Shown: positions 26,647-27,492 of the stretch, in pieces
How the letters are laid out: each line of letters starts with the position of its first letter
Position numbering within the stretch: position 1 is the stretch's first letter
Program-made: the position numbers and the translations under genes
Origin: an uncultured Bacteroidales bacterium
GTDB taxonomy: Bacteria; Bacteroidota; Bacteroidia; Bacteroidales; AUK083
Length of the DNA: 27,492 nt
Direction of reading: 5' to 3'
Assembly: GCA_964395505.1 (NCBI GenBank)
Contig: CAYNBX010000001.1
Coordinates: 1 to 27,492, forward strand
The notes under the pieces: model-generated
Database searches by the model: none
Told to the model about the DNA's origin: nothing
Seen by the model: the letters and a program-made list of their open reading frames with translations, nothing else

Positions 26647-27396
26647 TTATTTTTTGTTCCAAATTTCCCACGACTTTTCTGCCTGTGTATAAAGCATCTT
26701 TAAACCATTTTGTGTTTTAGTTCCTCTTTCTTTCCCTAACTTTAAAAATAAAGTTTCAGCCGGATTATAAATTAAGTCATACAAAAAATTTACAGAAGAG
26801 AGAAATTTATATGGGATATCAGGATATTTATTTATATCAGGGAACATTCCTAATGGAGTAGTGTTGATTATCAATTTATATTTTCTTATCAATTGTGAAT
26901 CTAAATCTGTATAAGAAATTTCTTTATCATTTTTAGGCTTTCTCGATACATAAATAAAATTAATATTCATTTTTTTTAAAACATAAGCAACAGATTTAGA
27001 AGCTCCTCCTGTTCCTAAAATTAAAGCATTATTATAATGTGTTTTTTTAATGTTTTTTAAAGATTGTTTAAAAGCAAAAGCGTCAGTATTATATCCAGTT
27101 AAATAAATTTTATTTTTAGGTCTTAAAATTTTAATAGTATTAACTGCTGCAATTTGTTTTGCAGTAGGGTCAATCTCATCTAAATATTGCAAAACACTTT
27201 CTTTAAAAGGAGCAGTTACATTCAATCCAAATAAATTTGTATTATTTTTTATTAAATCTTTTATAAATTGTATTTTGGAAATAGGAAATAATTTGTATTG
27301 TGTATTTTTAATATTTTCTTTTTTGAATTTTTCCGAAAAATATTTATTAGAAAAAGAATGAATGAGAGGATAACCGATTAATCCATAAATTTTCAT
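26647..27396 (-). CDS. aroE: Shikimate dehydrogenase
   Basis: GYPLIHSFS, GLNVTAPFK, AVNT, GYNTD, LGTGGAS, NTTPLGM, DLIYNP and GLKML..QAE motifs. Confidence 0.93.
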   Translation of the reverse strand: MKIYGLIGYPLIHSFSNKYFSEKFKKENIKNTQYKLFPISKIQFIKDLIKNNTNLFGLNVTAPFKESVLQYLDEIDPTAKQIAAVNTIKILRPKNKIYLTGYNTDAFAFKQSLKNIKKTHYNNALILGTGGASKSVAYVLKKMNINFIYVSRKPKNDKEISYTDLDSQLIRKYKLIINTTPLGMFPDINKYPDIPYKFLSSVNFLYDLIYNPAETLFLKLGKERGTKTQNGLKMLYTQAEKSWEIWNKK

Positions 27397-27492
27397 ATGT
27401 TTATATTTTTTGTATATAACTCATTATTAAATATTTATCTTAAGAAAAATATTAGTAATGTTTGAAATTAGATATTAGATATTTGAAGTTAT

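Noticed and set aside
1-27492. CRISPR array, tRNA or rRNA genes
   Set aside because: No regularly spaced direct repeats with unique spacers, and no cloverleaf or rRNA signatures were seen by eye.

Overview
AT-rich window from a member of the Bacteroidota, probably an anaerobic Bacteroidales-like organism. This rests on two type IX secretion C-terminal domains, several TAnnTTTG promoter motifs and a Bacteroidota-type L34. The backbone from about 8 kb to the end is mostly housekeeping and peptide-fermentation genes: mutA/mutB, a dGTPase, rpmH (missed by the ORF track), pepD, a stand-alone PqqD-like protein, an OPT transporter, rsmG, a four-gene 2-oxoacid:ferredoxin oxidoreductase operon, pepP, ychF and aroE. 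The most interesting part is an accessory island at about 3.2-7.4 kb. It holds a truncated MITE end, two decayed restriction-nuclease genes with no methyltransferase, and a frozen integron-like element on the minus strand. That element has a pseudogenised tyrosine recombinase that lacks the IntI-specific insertion and is co-oriented with its cassettes, an attI-like region, a HigBA-like cassette and a T9SS-cargo cassette. Each cassette is followed by a 131-nt attC-like hairpin. A complete 146-bp MITE-like element, an IS1634-like remnant and REP-like palindromes occur elsewhere. All assignments come from reading the sequence by eye and recalling protein families; no database searches were run.
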